Positions 19,243 to 27,171 of a stretch of DNA of 36,937 nucleotides are shown here, piece after piece. Position 1 is the stretch's first letter, and each line of letters starts with the position of its first letter. A model generated the notes under the pieces. That model worked only from the letters and a program-made list of their open reading frames with translations. It was not told where the DNA came from and searched no databases. The stretch comes from a virus (lineage: Duplodnaviria > Caudoviricetes). A program made the position numbers and the translations under genes. The stretch covers positions 1 to 36,937 of IMG/VR virus record IMGVR_UViG_3300032301_000136; one strand, given 5' to 3'.

Positions 19243-19279
19243 GAAGCAATACAAGCAACTATACCGCTAAAGTCAAAGC

Positions 19280-19804
19280 TTAAATTAACTTCTGATTGCT
19301 AGGTGCGAGGAAGTTATTGCTAGGCTGTTTAGGCATGCGGTTCATGCGAGGAACTCCACCAGCAACCTGTGAGAAGCTTTTGGATGGACCAGCAGGAGCT
19401 GCGAGATTCTGAACTGCTTGGTTCATGTCTTGGTTCCTGCGCATTCCCTGCTGAAGCATTTGATTGTAGTTCGCCATTTGACCCATAGCAGGATTTTGGA
19501 GAATGGGTTGGCCAGCGATTGGGGTTCCAGCCATGTTTGCATTGTTCTGTGTTGCCAGCGCAGCCTCAAGAGGTTGCCTTCTTTCTGGTGAAAGATTCTG
19601 CATTTGCTCTGCTGAAATGCTTGTTCCGCCAACAGGCATTAGACCTGGCATCTCACCTCTCGCTTGGCGATCTGCTACCAATTGCGTAAGTGCGTTCATG
19701 TAATCCTGCTGCGCTAGTGCTGAGTCAAAATTAGGATTGCGAACTCCTTCAATTGGAGTCGCGTCCATTTTCATCTTAGCTGGTTTATTTTCTTTCTTTG
19801 CCAT
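19280..19804 (-). CDS. Hypothetical Gln/Met/Pro-rich low-complexity protein
   Basis: Clean ORF directly after the portal gene. Confidence 0.7.
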   Translation of the reverse strand: MAKKENKPAKMKMDATPIEGVRNPNFDSALAQQDYMNALTQLVADRQARGEMPGLMPVGGTSISAEQMQNLSPERRQPLEAALATQNNANMAGTPIAGQPILQNPAMGQMANYNQMLQQGMRRNQDMNQAVQNLAAPAGPSKSFSQVAGGVPRMNRMPKQPSNNFLAPSNQKLI

Positions 19805-19805
19805 A

Positions 19806-21674
19806 TTACATTACCTGTGGTTGGATTTGTTGCGGTGCTTGGCCTTGCTGTTGTACTTGTGGCTTGGCTGCATCGCGAAGTTGTTTCTGAATTGCTCTAG
19901 AAGTATTCGGATCTGTCTGTTCCAGCGCAGCTAAGTGCTGTTGTAAGTGGTCCATAAGAACCTGAACCGCGCTCTGGTCTACTGGCTGCTGTCGCATTTG
20001 TGCTGCTTGGTTGAACGCAAAGAGAACCGATATGTGCGCTTTGTGATCATCGCTAGGCTTAATCGCGACAGGGAATCCTGTGGCCAGCATGGTCGCAATT
20101 TCTGTCGCTTGATCTTCAGCTTGATCGCCTGATCCTGCTTGCGGGTCAGTAAATAGTTTTCTAATGAGACTAGGGTCATCTTGTTCAAGAACTGACTTTA
20201 CCAGCTCTCCTTGGTTGATGTAAGGATTATTTTGGAACATCTGCATGCGAGCAACTGATTTCTGTAACGCAAACTGGCGGTTGATGAAGTCAAGTCCGCC
20301 TTTCGGCTCAATCGAGTACTGCTCATGGATTCCCTCAGGGACCATCTGACCAGTATCGTCTGCATAACGGAACATCAAATCTTCCTTCGCGTACTGGACG
20401 TACAGCGCCCAAGACTGACGGAAGAGGTGAGCCAAGCTCATTCGGAAGATTCGATTACGCAAATCACCAGAGGCAGCAGCTTGACCCTGCATCGCTTGAA
20501 TCTCGGCAGCAGTCTTTCTATCTCCAGTATTAAACTGCGAGCCAGCACCAAAGTCGGCGTTACCCATCCGATTTTCTGCGAGCTGACGCTCTTCGAGCAT
20601 CAAACGCTGGAAGTCGAAGGGAGGTTGGCTGAACTGGACAGGCTTTAATCCTTGCGGAAGGATCTGACCAGGCTGCATCCTTAAGTTCGCTGTGTTCAGC
20701 GATACTGGATTCTGAGCTTCGAAAACAGGGCGGTTGGCCAGCTCTACATAGTCAGAGAGCGAGTTCTTGAGCTTGTTTAGGAGGTTTTCGCCAGGGAGGA
20801 GGATCTCAGCTACCCCGCGAGGACTATACCAACCGCCACCTGTGATTTCATATGGGAAATCAACAAACGGAGGTTCGCCGTGTTCGTATGGGAGGGTAAA
20901 TGGTTTTCGCACGTTCTCATCAACTGCGAGAGGGGAGAATGTCTCAACCAACCATCCGTCCTTCGACGGAGTATACATTTCCCATAGGATGATTCTATCA
21001 TTCTCAGCTTCTTGCGTGATGCCTTCACGACGATATATCTCGTCTTGGATCTCGCTGCGAAGTCCAACAGAGTTGTTCGGCTTGCCAGAAATCCGCTTAA
21101 TGAAGTCTTCGTCCTGCTTGTAAAGAGGGTTGGTTTTGTATGTGTCAACTGAAGTAGAAATGATATGGACGATGAAGTCTGCGTCTTTAAGTTCCTTGGT
21201 ATACTGAGGAACAATCAAATGAAAAGGATCAATAGCCTCAAAGCTGATCCGCTTGTTTTGATCGTCCCAAACAACTTTGGCCACACCGCGACCATAGAGG
21301 AGCAAATTATCGATGACGGACACAATCTCTTTCTGGAAGTTGGACTGCTCGCGCATCTTGTAATCAAACCAACGCTCGGCAGTAACAGTAATCGGAGTCA
21401 ACTGTTGACGCATCGGAACGAAGCTGGAAAGAATGTCATTGCCAATCGCGCTGTTGACGAAGGAGGGTTTGAGACGCTCAATCGCTGTGTCGATCAACTG
21501 AACGTGAAGGTCGGCTGCCGTAGGCCAAGGTTTCACCTTACGGCGTACACCAAAGTAACGAGCCTGGTAGAACAACCGCTGGCGGTTCTCCCAGGTTTCG
21601 CGCTGGTTCAGGCAGTCGATGATCCGCTTGTGGTAGTCCGCGCGACGATTGTATTTATCTTCAGTAATCGGCAT
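19806..21674 (-). CDS. Portal protein (P22-like)
   Basis: 622 aa with YGRGVAKV.W, IDPF, PF..F, RGVAE, KTAAEI and a Gln-rich tail. It lies downstream of the terminase. Confidence 0.9.
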   Translation of the reverse strand: MPITEDKYNRRADYHKRIIDCLNQRETWENRQRLFYQARYFGVRRKVKPWPTAADLHVQLIDTAIERLKPSFVNSAIGNDILSSFVPMRQQLTPITVTAERWFDYKMREQSNFQKEIVSVIDNLLLYGRGVAKVVWDDQNKRISFEAIDPFHLIVPQYTKELKDADFIVHIISTSVDTYKTNPLYKQDEDFIKRISGKPNNSVGLRSEIQDEIYRREGITQEAENDRIILWEMYTPSKDGWLVETFSPLAVDENVRKPFTLPYEHGEPPFVDFPYEITGGGWYSPRGVAEILLPGENLLNKLKNSLSDYVELANRPVFEAQNPVSLNTANLRMQPGQILPQGLKPVQFSQPPFDFQRLMLEERQLAENRMGNADFGAGSQFNTGDRKTAAEIQAMQGQAAASGDLRNRIFRMSLAHLFRQSWALYVQYAKEDLMFRYADDTGQMVPEGIHEQYSIEPKGGLDFINRQFALQKSVARMQMFQNNPYINQGELVKSVLEQDDPSLIRKLFTDPQAGSGDQAEDQATEIATMLATGFPVAIKPSDDHKAHISVLFAFNQAAQMRQQPVDQSAVQVLMDHLQQHLAALEQTDPNTSRAIQKQLRDAAKPQVQQQGQAPQQIQPQVM

Positions 21675-21675
21675 C

Positions 21676-21876
21676 TTATTTGTTCCTCTCGGTCTTTAGT
21701 TCATACGAAAGATCGTTGACAGCATTCAAGGCTTTCCTTGCCCATTCGCGCGTACCAGGAGTACCGCGACGAATCTCAATGTAGGTTGGATCTTTCATCA
21801 GCTCTTCAACTATCCCTGTCGTGTGGGTTACTGGTGTCGTTGTTGCGCAACCACCAAGACTCACCGCTAAGATCAC
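21676..21876 (-). CDS. Lipoprotein, putative o-spanin (start uncertain)
   Basis: VILAVSLGG-C lipobox with the Cys codon at 21849-21847. It overlaps the upstream gene out of frame. Confidence 0.65.
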   Translation of the reverse strand: MILAVSLGGCATTTPVTHTTGIVEELMKDPTYIEIRRGTPGTREWARKALNAVNDLSYELKTERNK

Positions 21877-21994
21877 TATCGATAGCTTTACGATTGTCGC
21901 GCCACTCGTTCTCAAAGTTCTGAGTGCGCTTCTGCTTCCAACCTGGAATGATGCGAAAGACGGCTGCGATGATCTCAAGGATTGCACGCAGCAC
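21806..21994 (-). CDS. Putative i-spanin
   Basis: N-terminal hydrophobic helix then a charged helix. It lies between the holin and the overlapping lipoprotein. Confidence 0.6.
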   Translation of the reverse strand: MLRAILEIIAAVFRIIPGWKQKRTQNFENEWRDNRKAIDSDLSGESWWLRNNDTSNPHDRDS

Positions 21995-22000
21995 AAAAGA

Positions 22001-22171
22001 TTATTTAATATTCAGCCCAACTGTCTTCAAGAAATTAACGATCTTTTCTAGGAAGCTATCATCAGCGGGGGTGGGTGTCAGTTTAACAATAATGCGAGCA
22101 GCAAGAACGATGCCACCAATAGCAGCAACGATCTCTTGCCAGTTTGAAGTAATCCAATTCCAAATATTCAT
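22001..22171 (-). CDS. Holin-like 56-aa membrane protein (MNIWNWITSNWQEIVAAIGGIVLAARIIVKLTPTPADD...)
   Basis: Not in the ORF track. AGGAGG RBS, a TM helix and the LTPTP.DD motif of small phage holin-like proteins. Confidence 0.75.
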   Translation of the reverse strand: MNIWNWITSNWQEIVAAIGGIVLAARIIVKLTPTPADDSFLEKIVNFLKTVGLNIK

Positions 22172-22174
22172 AGT

Positions 22175-23611
22175 TTATCCTCCTGCGTCAAAGCCAGCCA
22201 TGACAGGGTCGTGCGACTCCATCATTTGGTTTAACGTCTTCCAAGTTGGCCGTTCCGTGGGGAAAGTCAAGTCCCAGCGGATATTACCACCATCCAGGCA
22301 CAATGCCAAGGCATCCGCTCGATCAGGGCTGGCGATGCCCCTGCTGCGTAAAGAGTCCTTAGATTCCACCCCAAGCTTGCCCCTACTGTTAGTCACAGTC
22401 CTGCGACAGGTCAATTGCGCCATTAGGTCATCGTCATCCTCTGGAAGTATGATCTCGCGATCCACAATTTTCTTTGACATGTTAAACCACATTTCAGCCG
22501 ACTTGTTGGTGTAGGCATCTGCATCGTTTGGCGTGCCACCAAAGTTTACCCTGTTCACTCTCCATCCAGCCTCGGCCAAGGCATCGCACATCGGCATACC
22601 CAATCCACTCGCGTCCGCATAGATGTCTTCTGGCTTTAACCCAGCCTTCTTAAACTCTACGATAAACTTGCCAACCGCTGCCATCGTGTCCTTATCGCGC
22701 CATGCAATGATTGGAAGGATCTTGTTGCCATCTCGAATGCACAGGACGTTGCAATCGCCACCTGCTGCAAAGTCTACCCCAGCGGTCCTGCTCCCAGGTT
22801 TAAAGTCAGGCGGACTGTTCTGACAGCCTTGGAGGGAGTTGTAGTTAATGACCAAGCTTTCCGATCCGATATCCACAAACTCGCCATAGACCATTGAGCG
22901 AGTGAGGGGATGTTTCTCGCCATATCGTTGTAGCACCTCGTCGATTTGCGCCTTGGTGATGTGGGGGCAGTCAAACGCTGTTACTGTGTGCTTCTTCCAC
23001 ATCGCAGACTCCTTGGTGAATGCGCGATAGAACGCGCCTGTACTCGCACCAGGGCTGGAGGCGAGCAATACGCGAGTTGGTTGGCAACGCCACAGAGCCT
23101 CGAAGAGTGGGTCTGGAATTGACTTGGCTTCGTCCACCACAATCAGCAACGGCATGGTGTCGTGGTCATCGGCATGGAACCCTTCCGCTCGACCTGGGTC
23201 TGTTGCGCTATACCCAACGATCCTGCTCATGTTTCCGTCTGGAAATATGTAGCGGATTTCGCCTGAGGTGACTTCCCAATTTCCGCCCACTCGCGCAATG
23301 TGCTTGCGCAGGCTAGGCCACAATTGTTTCTCGACCTGCCTCCAAACGCCAGCGGTTGTCGTAGCGATGCTTCCCTTAAAACAGAACGCATGCCAAATTA
23401 AAATGGAGGCAATTACTGTGCTGGTCTTGCCTGATCCGTTAGCTGCTTTGAGCGCAACTCGGCAATCTTTGTCTTGTAAGTCGCGCAAAACCTTTCTCTG
23501 CCAATCATATAACTCAAGTCCAAGCACATGTTTTGCAAATCCTGCTGGTGTCTGGATTTCCGCTAAAATCTCCTCTGGTGTGCGCTTGGGGGGTTTGGTT
23601 GTTTTGCCCAC
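22175..23611 (-). CDS. terL: Terminase large subunit
   Basis: Walker A AANGSGKT, Walker B VVDEAK, YGEF, and nuclease motifs GVDFAAGGD, DASGLG and SPDRADAL. Confidence 0.95.
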   Translation of the reverse strand: MGKTTKPPKRTPEEILAEIQTPAGFAKHVLGLELYDWQRKVLRDLQDKDCRVALKAANGSGKTSTVIASILIWHAFCFKGSIATTTAGVWRQVEKQLWPSLRKHIARVGGNWEVTSGEIRYIFPDGNMSRIVGYSATDPGRAEGFHADDHDTMPLLIVVDEAKSIPDPLFEALWRCQPTRVLLASSPGASTGAFYRAFTKESAMWKKHTVTAFDCPHITKAQIDEVLQRYGEKHPLTRSMVYGEFVDIGSESLVINYNSLQGCQNSPPDFKPGSRTAGVDFAAGGDCNVLCIRDGNKILPIIAWRDKDTMAAVGKFIVEFKKAGLKPEDIYADASGLGMPMCDALAEAGWRVNRVNFGGTPNDADAYTNKSAEMWFNMSKKIVDREIILPEDDDDLMAQLTCRRTVTNSRGKLGVESKDSLRSRGIASPDRADALALCLDGGNIRWDLTFPTERPTWKTLNQMMESHDPVMAGFDAGG

Positions 23612-23666
23612 TATAGACCTCTTTTTATTTTGTGTCGCAAATACTTGGGGGGGTATGGAAATTTTT

Positions 23667-24335
23667 TTATGGGGATGGGGGTGTGGGTAGGGGCGTGGTG
23701 GTATCCACTAACCCAACCTTGCGCGGAACTCTCCTGCGCATCGGAACGTGACGCTTGCGCTTTGGCGCGGAAGGTAGGGCAGGTTCCAAGGGTTGAGCTG
23801 CTTCAACCTTTGGCGCGCTTTCGTTTGTCGCACAATAAGTATTGTCTTTAATATGAGGAAAACTAATCCTATCCTCAATTACCTGCGTCTCAATCACTTG
23901 TGCAGGCTTTTCTTTTTTCGATAGAGATCCTGCTAATATCTGCGCCAATCCTGCGCTTAGGCCGTGCTCAACGCTGCCGTTCACCTGCACGCGCGCGCTT
24001 GGGACCGAGTAAAGGTAGATCCGCTCGGCCATCCAGGCTTTCGCCTGCCAGCTCTTCTGCCCTGCCTGCTCTATGTCGCGGAGGAGTGCCAGCTCATGCT
24101 TTTTTCTAGCAGTCTCTACCCTGCGCGCAAAGTCAGGCTTGCGAGTACACCATGATTTTATCGTGCTTGGCGATAGTCCTACGAGCGCGCCAGCTTTTTC
24201 TATGGTGAACCCACTACGACAAGCGTCGATTACCTCCTGCGCGATCTGATCATTGTATAGGGAGGGTTTGCCGTTCTTTCCTTTATCCTGCGCGAGTGGC
24301 TCGACTTGCGGCTTGTCTCCTGGCATCGCTTCCAT
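23667..24335 (-). CDS. terS: Terminase small subunit
   Basis: GKPSLY, an HTH (TIEKAGALVGLSPSTIKSW) and WQAKAWMAER. It lies upstream of terL. Confidence 0.8.
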   Translation of the reverse strand: MEAMPGDKPQVEPLAQDKGKNGKPSLYNDQIAQEVIDACRSGFTIEKAGALVGLSPSTIKSWCTRKPDFARRVETARKKHELALLRDIEQAGQKSWQAKAWMAERIYLYSVPSARVQVNGSVEHGLSAGLAQILAGSLSKKEKPAQVIETQVIEDRISFPHIKDNTYCATNESAPKVEAAQPLEPALPSAPKRKRHVPMRRRVPRKVGLVDTTTPLPTPPSP

Positions 24336-24341
24336 CCTCCT

Positions 24342-24350
24342 ATTCTATCA
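24342..24350 (-). promoter_or_regulatory. Extended -10 promoter for the terminase/late operon
   Basis: TGa-TAGAAT-N6-ATG(24335) in an AT-rich divergent intergenic region. Confidence 0.55.
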
Positions 24351-24373
24351 TAAAAATATATTTTAAAAATCCC

Positions 24374-24401
24374 TTGACATCACAAGCCGTTAGCGTATGT
24401 T
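24374..24401 (+). promoter_or_regulatory. Sigma70-type early leaderless promoter
   Basis: TTGACA-N16-TATGTT-N6-ATG(24408) with AT-rich UP-like sequence upstream. Confidence 0.75.
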
Positions 24402-24407
24402 GAGAGT

Positions 24408-24632
24408 ATGAGCAACACACTAACCAACACCGAAGCGAACGCGGTTAAAGACGTTCAAACATATGCGAAAACAAGGGAGCTGATTCTTTCCTATTCGCAT
24501 TTTTCCCCAAACTATAAAAAGATCATAGAGATTCTAGACGATGTCGACGTAGTGCGCGCGTTGGGAATATTGAAAGCTGCCACTCATCTTTTCACGAAAA
24601 AATTCGAAGAGATTAAAAGGGAGAATGCCTAA
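24408..24632 (+). CDS. Early hypothetical protein
   Basis: First gene after the promoter. Confidence 0.75.
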   Translation: MSNTLTNTEANAVKDVQTYAKTRELILSYSHFSPNYKKIIEILDDVDVVRALGILKAATHLFTKKFEEIKRENA

Positions 24633-24713
24633 ATGAATAACCTACCCCAAACTATCGCCATCATTTTCTTCGCTGGAATCTGCTTTGGGTTTTTGATGGG
24701 GAAGATCAAATGA
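24633..24713 (+). CDS. 26-aa single-TM peptide (MNNLPQTIAIIFFAGICFGFLMGKIK)
   Basis: Not in the ORF track. It abuts the upstream stop, has an AGGGAG RBS and an ATGA overlap downstream. Confidence 0.65.
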   Translation: MNNLPQTIAIIFFAGICFGFLMGKIK

Positions 24714-25414
24714 ACTTACCTCCCCTAGTTCACCTCACCCTATCTTCCTCAAACGTGAAGACTGGTCATATACCAGTCTCGACAAGCGGAAGCAGTACTT
24801 GTCCTGATGCATGCCCTTTGAAGGAGAAGGGCTGTTATGGTTTGGGCGGAAACCTGCGCTTCCATTGGAACGCGGTTAACCACGCAGATCGTGGGATCAC
24901 GTTTGACGGATTGTGCGAATCAATCGCCAAGTTGCCAAGCGGTCAATTGTGGAGACATAACCAGGTTGGCGATCTTCCTGGTGACAATAACTACGTTGAC
25001 GGCGAGCTGCTCACAAAGCTTGCGCGAGCTAATCGCGGAAGACGTGGTTTCACCTATACCCATAAACCAGTATTAGATGAGCAGGATAAGAACGCGGAAA
25101 AGAATCGTGACGCGATAGGCGCAGCAAATAAGGAAGGGTTTGTCATTAACCTTTCCGCTAATGGCCTAGCGCATGCCGACAAGCTTGCAGCCCTTGGGAT
25201 TGCGCCAGTTGTCACAATCCTTCCAGCAGGAACGGAAAACAATACGCAAACCCCACAAGGTAGGCGCGTTGTCGTTTGTCCAGCGCAGAAACGTGAAGGG
25301 GTGACATGCGCAAGTTGTAAACTCTGTTCGCGTGGGGATCGCTCAGTCATCGTGGGGTTCATCCCTCATGGCATGTCGAAAAAGCGCGTAGCGCAGATCG
25401 CGAGCGCGTCATGA
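24710..25414 (+). CDS. GP88-like Cys-rich phage protein (possible Fe-S/radical-SAM-like fold)
   Basis: N.KTG, TCP..CP.....CY, RHNQVGD, TYTH, INLS and CPAQ..TC..C.LC motifs. Confidence 0.75.
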   Translation: MNLPPLVHLTLSSSNVKTGHIPVSTSGSSTCPDACPLKEKGCYGLGGNLRFHWNAVNHADRGITFDGLCESIAKLPSGQLWRHNQVGDLPGDNNYVDGELLTKLARANRGRRGFTYTHKPVLDEQDKNAEKNRDAIGAANKEGFVINLSANGLAHADKLAALGIAPVVTILPAGTENNTQTPQGRRVVVCPAQKREGVTCASCKLCSRGDRSVIVGFIPHGMSKKRVAQIASAS

Positions 25415-25554
25415 CATATTACGCGGTTTATAATTCGCAAGGTCAATTCTTCGCGCGATTCACTACGTTTCGTCGAGCGTCATTGTGGACAATTCGAAAT
25501 GGAATGGAGTGGACCGCGATCATTAAGAAAGAAAAGGAGACACAAATAAAATGA
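25411..25554 (+). CDS. 47-aa early hypothetical protein (MTYYAVYNSQGQFFARF...)
   Basis: Not in the ORF track. ATGA overlaps at both ends. Confidence 0.7.
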   Translation: MTYYAVYNSQGQFFARFTTFRRASLWTIRNGMEWTAIIKKEKETQIK

Positions 25555-25637
25555 ATGATACATGGATATTCGTGGGAGGAGTTGCCCTGGGAGGAATCTT
25601 GGTGGCAGTTGTCGGCACGATATTGGAAAACAAATAG
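25551..25637 (+). CDS. 28-aa single-TM peptide (MNDTWIFVGGVALGGILVAVVGTILENK)
   Basis: Not in the ORF track. AAGGAG RBS, ATGA overlap and one hydrophobic helix. Confidence 0.7.
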   Translation: MNDTWIFVGGVALGGILVAVVGTILENK

Positions 25638-25642
25638 TTTCC

Positions 25643-25695
25643 CCTCGTCTCCCCTGATAGCGCAGGGGAGGAGAGGTGACGCGATAGCGGAACCT
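25643..25695 (+). repeat. Early-region hairpin element, copy 1
   Basis: CTCCCCTG-ATAGCG-CAGGGGAG with a CCTC/GAGG extension, followed by CGC-GATA-GCG. Confidence 0.7.
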
Positions 25696-25729
25696 AAACA
25701 AAAACAAAATGAAAGGAACACACAAACAA

Positions 25730-25939
25730 ATGAAAAAGGTATCTAAAAAGTTGCAGAGACTGCTTAGTGCGGAATTTAGTCTGCACGAAGTGCATTGTTC
25801 GGCTTACGATGTTTACAGCAAATTGGATCGAGTAATGGGGATGAAGAAGATCGTGGATCGTGCTTTCGCTTTATATGCGGAAGCGGAGGAATTCCACGCT
25901 CTCCTTTCTAGAAAAATAAAGGAGATTGAGGGCAAATAA
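25730..25939 (+). CDS. Early hypothetical protein (MKKVSKKL...)
   Basis: A/C-rich leader with a GAAAGG RBS. Confidence 0.75.
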   Translation: MKKVSKKLQRLLSAEFSLHEVHCSAYDVYSKLDRVMGMKKIVDRAFALYAEAEEFHALLSRKIKEIEGK

Positions 25940-25940
25940 G

Positions 25941-25984
25941 TCTATCCTCGTTTCCCCTCGTAGCGGAGGGGAACGGAGGATGGA
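25941..25984 (+). repeat. Early-region hairpin element, copy 2
   Basis: TTCCCCTC-GTAGCG-GAGGGGAA with a TCCTC/GAGGA extension. Confidence 0.7.
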
Positions 25985-25995
25985 TTTTTATTATC

Positions 25996-26023
25996 TTGAC
26001 CTAGTCATAATTGAAAAGAGAAT
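25996..26023 (+). promoter_or_regulatory. Sigma70-type leaderless promoter
   Basis: TTGACC-N16-GAGAAT-N6-ATG(26030). Confidence 0.65.
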
Positions 26024-26029
26024 AGCTAT

Positions 26030-26227
26030 ATGAGTGAACTGACCGAACAAGTGCGCGCCTACTTCTCAGCAATGGGAAAGAAGGGTGGAAGCGTAAAGGG
26101 AGTTAGCAAGGCTCGAACCAGGGAGCAGGCGCAGCGCGCGGTATCTGCTAGGTGGGAGCGGTATCGATTGGCCAAGCAGGCATACCAGAATGGTGCTGGA
26201 CAGAATCCTACAGAATCTTCCCCATAA
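26030..26227 (+). CDS. Small basic KGG-motif protein
   Basis: YFSAMGKKGG..K..R..Q..RA..ARW pattern. Confidence 0.75.
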   Translation: MSELTEQVRAYFSAMGKKGGSVKGVSKARTREQAQRAVSARWERYRLAKQAYQNGAGQNPTESSP

Positions 26228-26336
26228 GGATGGAAAAATCAGAAATTGCCCCATAAGGAAGAAAAATTCGAAATTGGAAATCTACGATTTACAAAATCAG
26301 AATTTGTCCCATAAGGGATAAGAAGTCAGATTACTT
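26221..26336. repeat. Degenerate 29-bp tandem array
   Basis: CCCATAAGG at 26221, 26250 and 26308 (spacings 29 and 58), with an AAATCAGAA-like core recurring between them. Confidence 0.75.
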
Positions 26337-26519
26337 GCCTATTGAAACGCAGCAGGCTCTATTCCCCAATTCAAGGTCGATTAGCTTGGATTTTGCGTTT
26401 AAAGGCGATTCTTGGGGTTTCTTGTGGTTTATGATGCTTTTACCATCCTCATTACAAAGATCGCGTGGCGAGGCTCCTGGGTGGCAATACGTCGATTTTA
26501 AAGCCTTTTTAGTTTTCAC
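26331..26519 (-). CDS. Hypothetical protein
   Basis: Last ORF of the minus-strand run, closely spaced to the upstream gene. Confidence 0.5.
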   Translation of the reverse strand: MKTKKALKSTYCHPGASPRDLCNEDGKSIINHKKPQESPLNAKSKLIDLELGNRACCVSIGK

Positions 26520-26523
26520 CTAA

Positions 26524-26760
26524 TCACCAATTCTTGCATGACCAGTACCTAGCGGTCATCTTGCTAGGCTTCTCTGAATCACACTTATGTCTAGCCCTAA
26601 AGCTACGCCTGCGGTCAGGGTTACCCTTCTTAATGGTCATCTTGGGGTCACCATACCTAATGGTCTTAGACTGCCCATTCTGGCAGGCTCTAACCACAAA
26701 CTTCTTGTTCGCACCAGGAGTGCGCCTTGGACTATTGCAGGGTAAGTCTTGTGTACTCAT
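26524..26760 (-). CDS. Conserved small basic viral protein (KKF.V..RYGD..RRRSFRARH.C..ARYWSC..W family, DUF5754-like)
   Basis: Motif pattern widespread in aquatic phages. Confidence 0.75.
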   Translation of the reverse strand: MSTQDLPCNSPRRTPGANKKFVVRACQNGQSKTIRYGDPKMTIKKGNPDRRRSFRARHKCDSEKPSKMTARYWSCKNW

Positions 26761-27032
26761 AGCTCATCAACCTCGTCATTGAATATATCTGAATCCTTTA
26801 GCTCTGCCAGATCTTTCTGATGGCTGGAAAAAAATTCTGACAACTTCGCCATTGCTATGGTGATCTCTGCCCACTCATGCTCGAAAACCTCGTAGGAGCA
26901 GTTATTGTTCATGTCATCGACCAATTGCCCTAGCTGCCTGAGAACGGCATGTAGCTGTGCATTCTCGCGCTGTAGCAGGGCAAGGAAGCGGTATGCCTGC
27001 TTGAGCAGCTCTCTATCGTGGTGCGAATCCAC
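26757..27032 (-). CDS. Hypothetical coiled-coil protein
   Basis: Clean ORF with an ATGA overlap downstream. Confidence 0.65.
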   Translation of the reverse strand: MDSHHDRELLKQAYRFLALLQRENAQLHAVLRQLGQLVDDMNNNCSYEVFEHEWAEITIAMAKLSEFFSSHQKDLAELKDSDIFNDEVDEL

Positions 27033-27156
27033 CCTTTTTCGCTTTCATCACCTTATACACCCTGGGGGATATTGTGCTTTTCGCTTTGCTTCTGCTGATG
27101 CCAGCCTTACGGCGAGCGTTGATATTGGCGTAGAGTCCTGGCTTTGAGTTATTCAT
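27013..27156 (-). CDS. Small basic protein (MNNSKPGLYANINARRKAG...)
   Basis: KPGLYANI motif common in phages. The start is placed at 27156 because of the promoter geometry. Confidence 0.75.
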   Translation of the reverse strand: MNNSKPGLYANINARRKAGISRSKAKSTISPRVYKVMKAKKGGFAPR

Positions 27157-27162
27157 TCGCAC

Positions 27163-27171
27163 ATTGTACCA
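27163..27171 (-). promoter_or_regulatory. Extended -10 leaderless promoter
   Basis: TGg-TACAAT-N6-ATG(27156). Confidence 0.6.

Noticed and set aside
156-23690. Many long plus-strand ORFs opposite structural genes (e.g. 16461-16988, 21165-21719, 21924-22514)
   Set aside because: They are antisense shadows of well-supported minus-strand genes, with no RBS or motifs.
25555-25746. Trp-rich 63-aa ORF from the track
   Set aside because: It runs through the hairpin element, and the ATGA-coupled 28-aa TM peptide at 25551-25637 explains the region better.
26221-26336. CRISPR or TIGR-like guide array
   Set aside because: Units are 29 bp with similar rather than unique intervening sequence, there are only about four units, and no Cas or Nop-domain gene was recognised.
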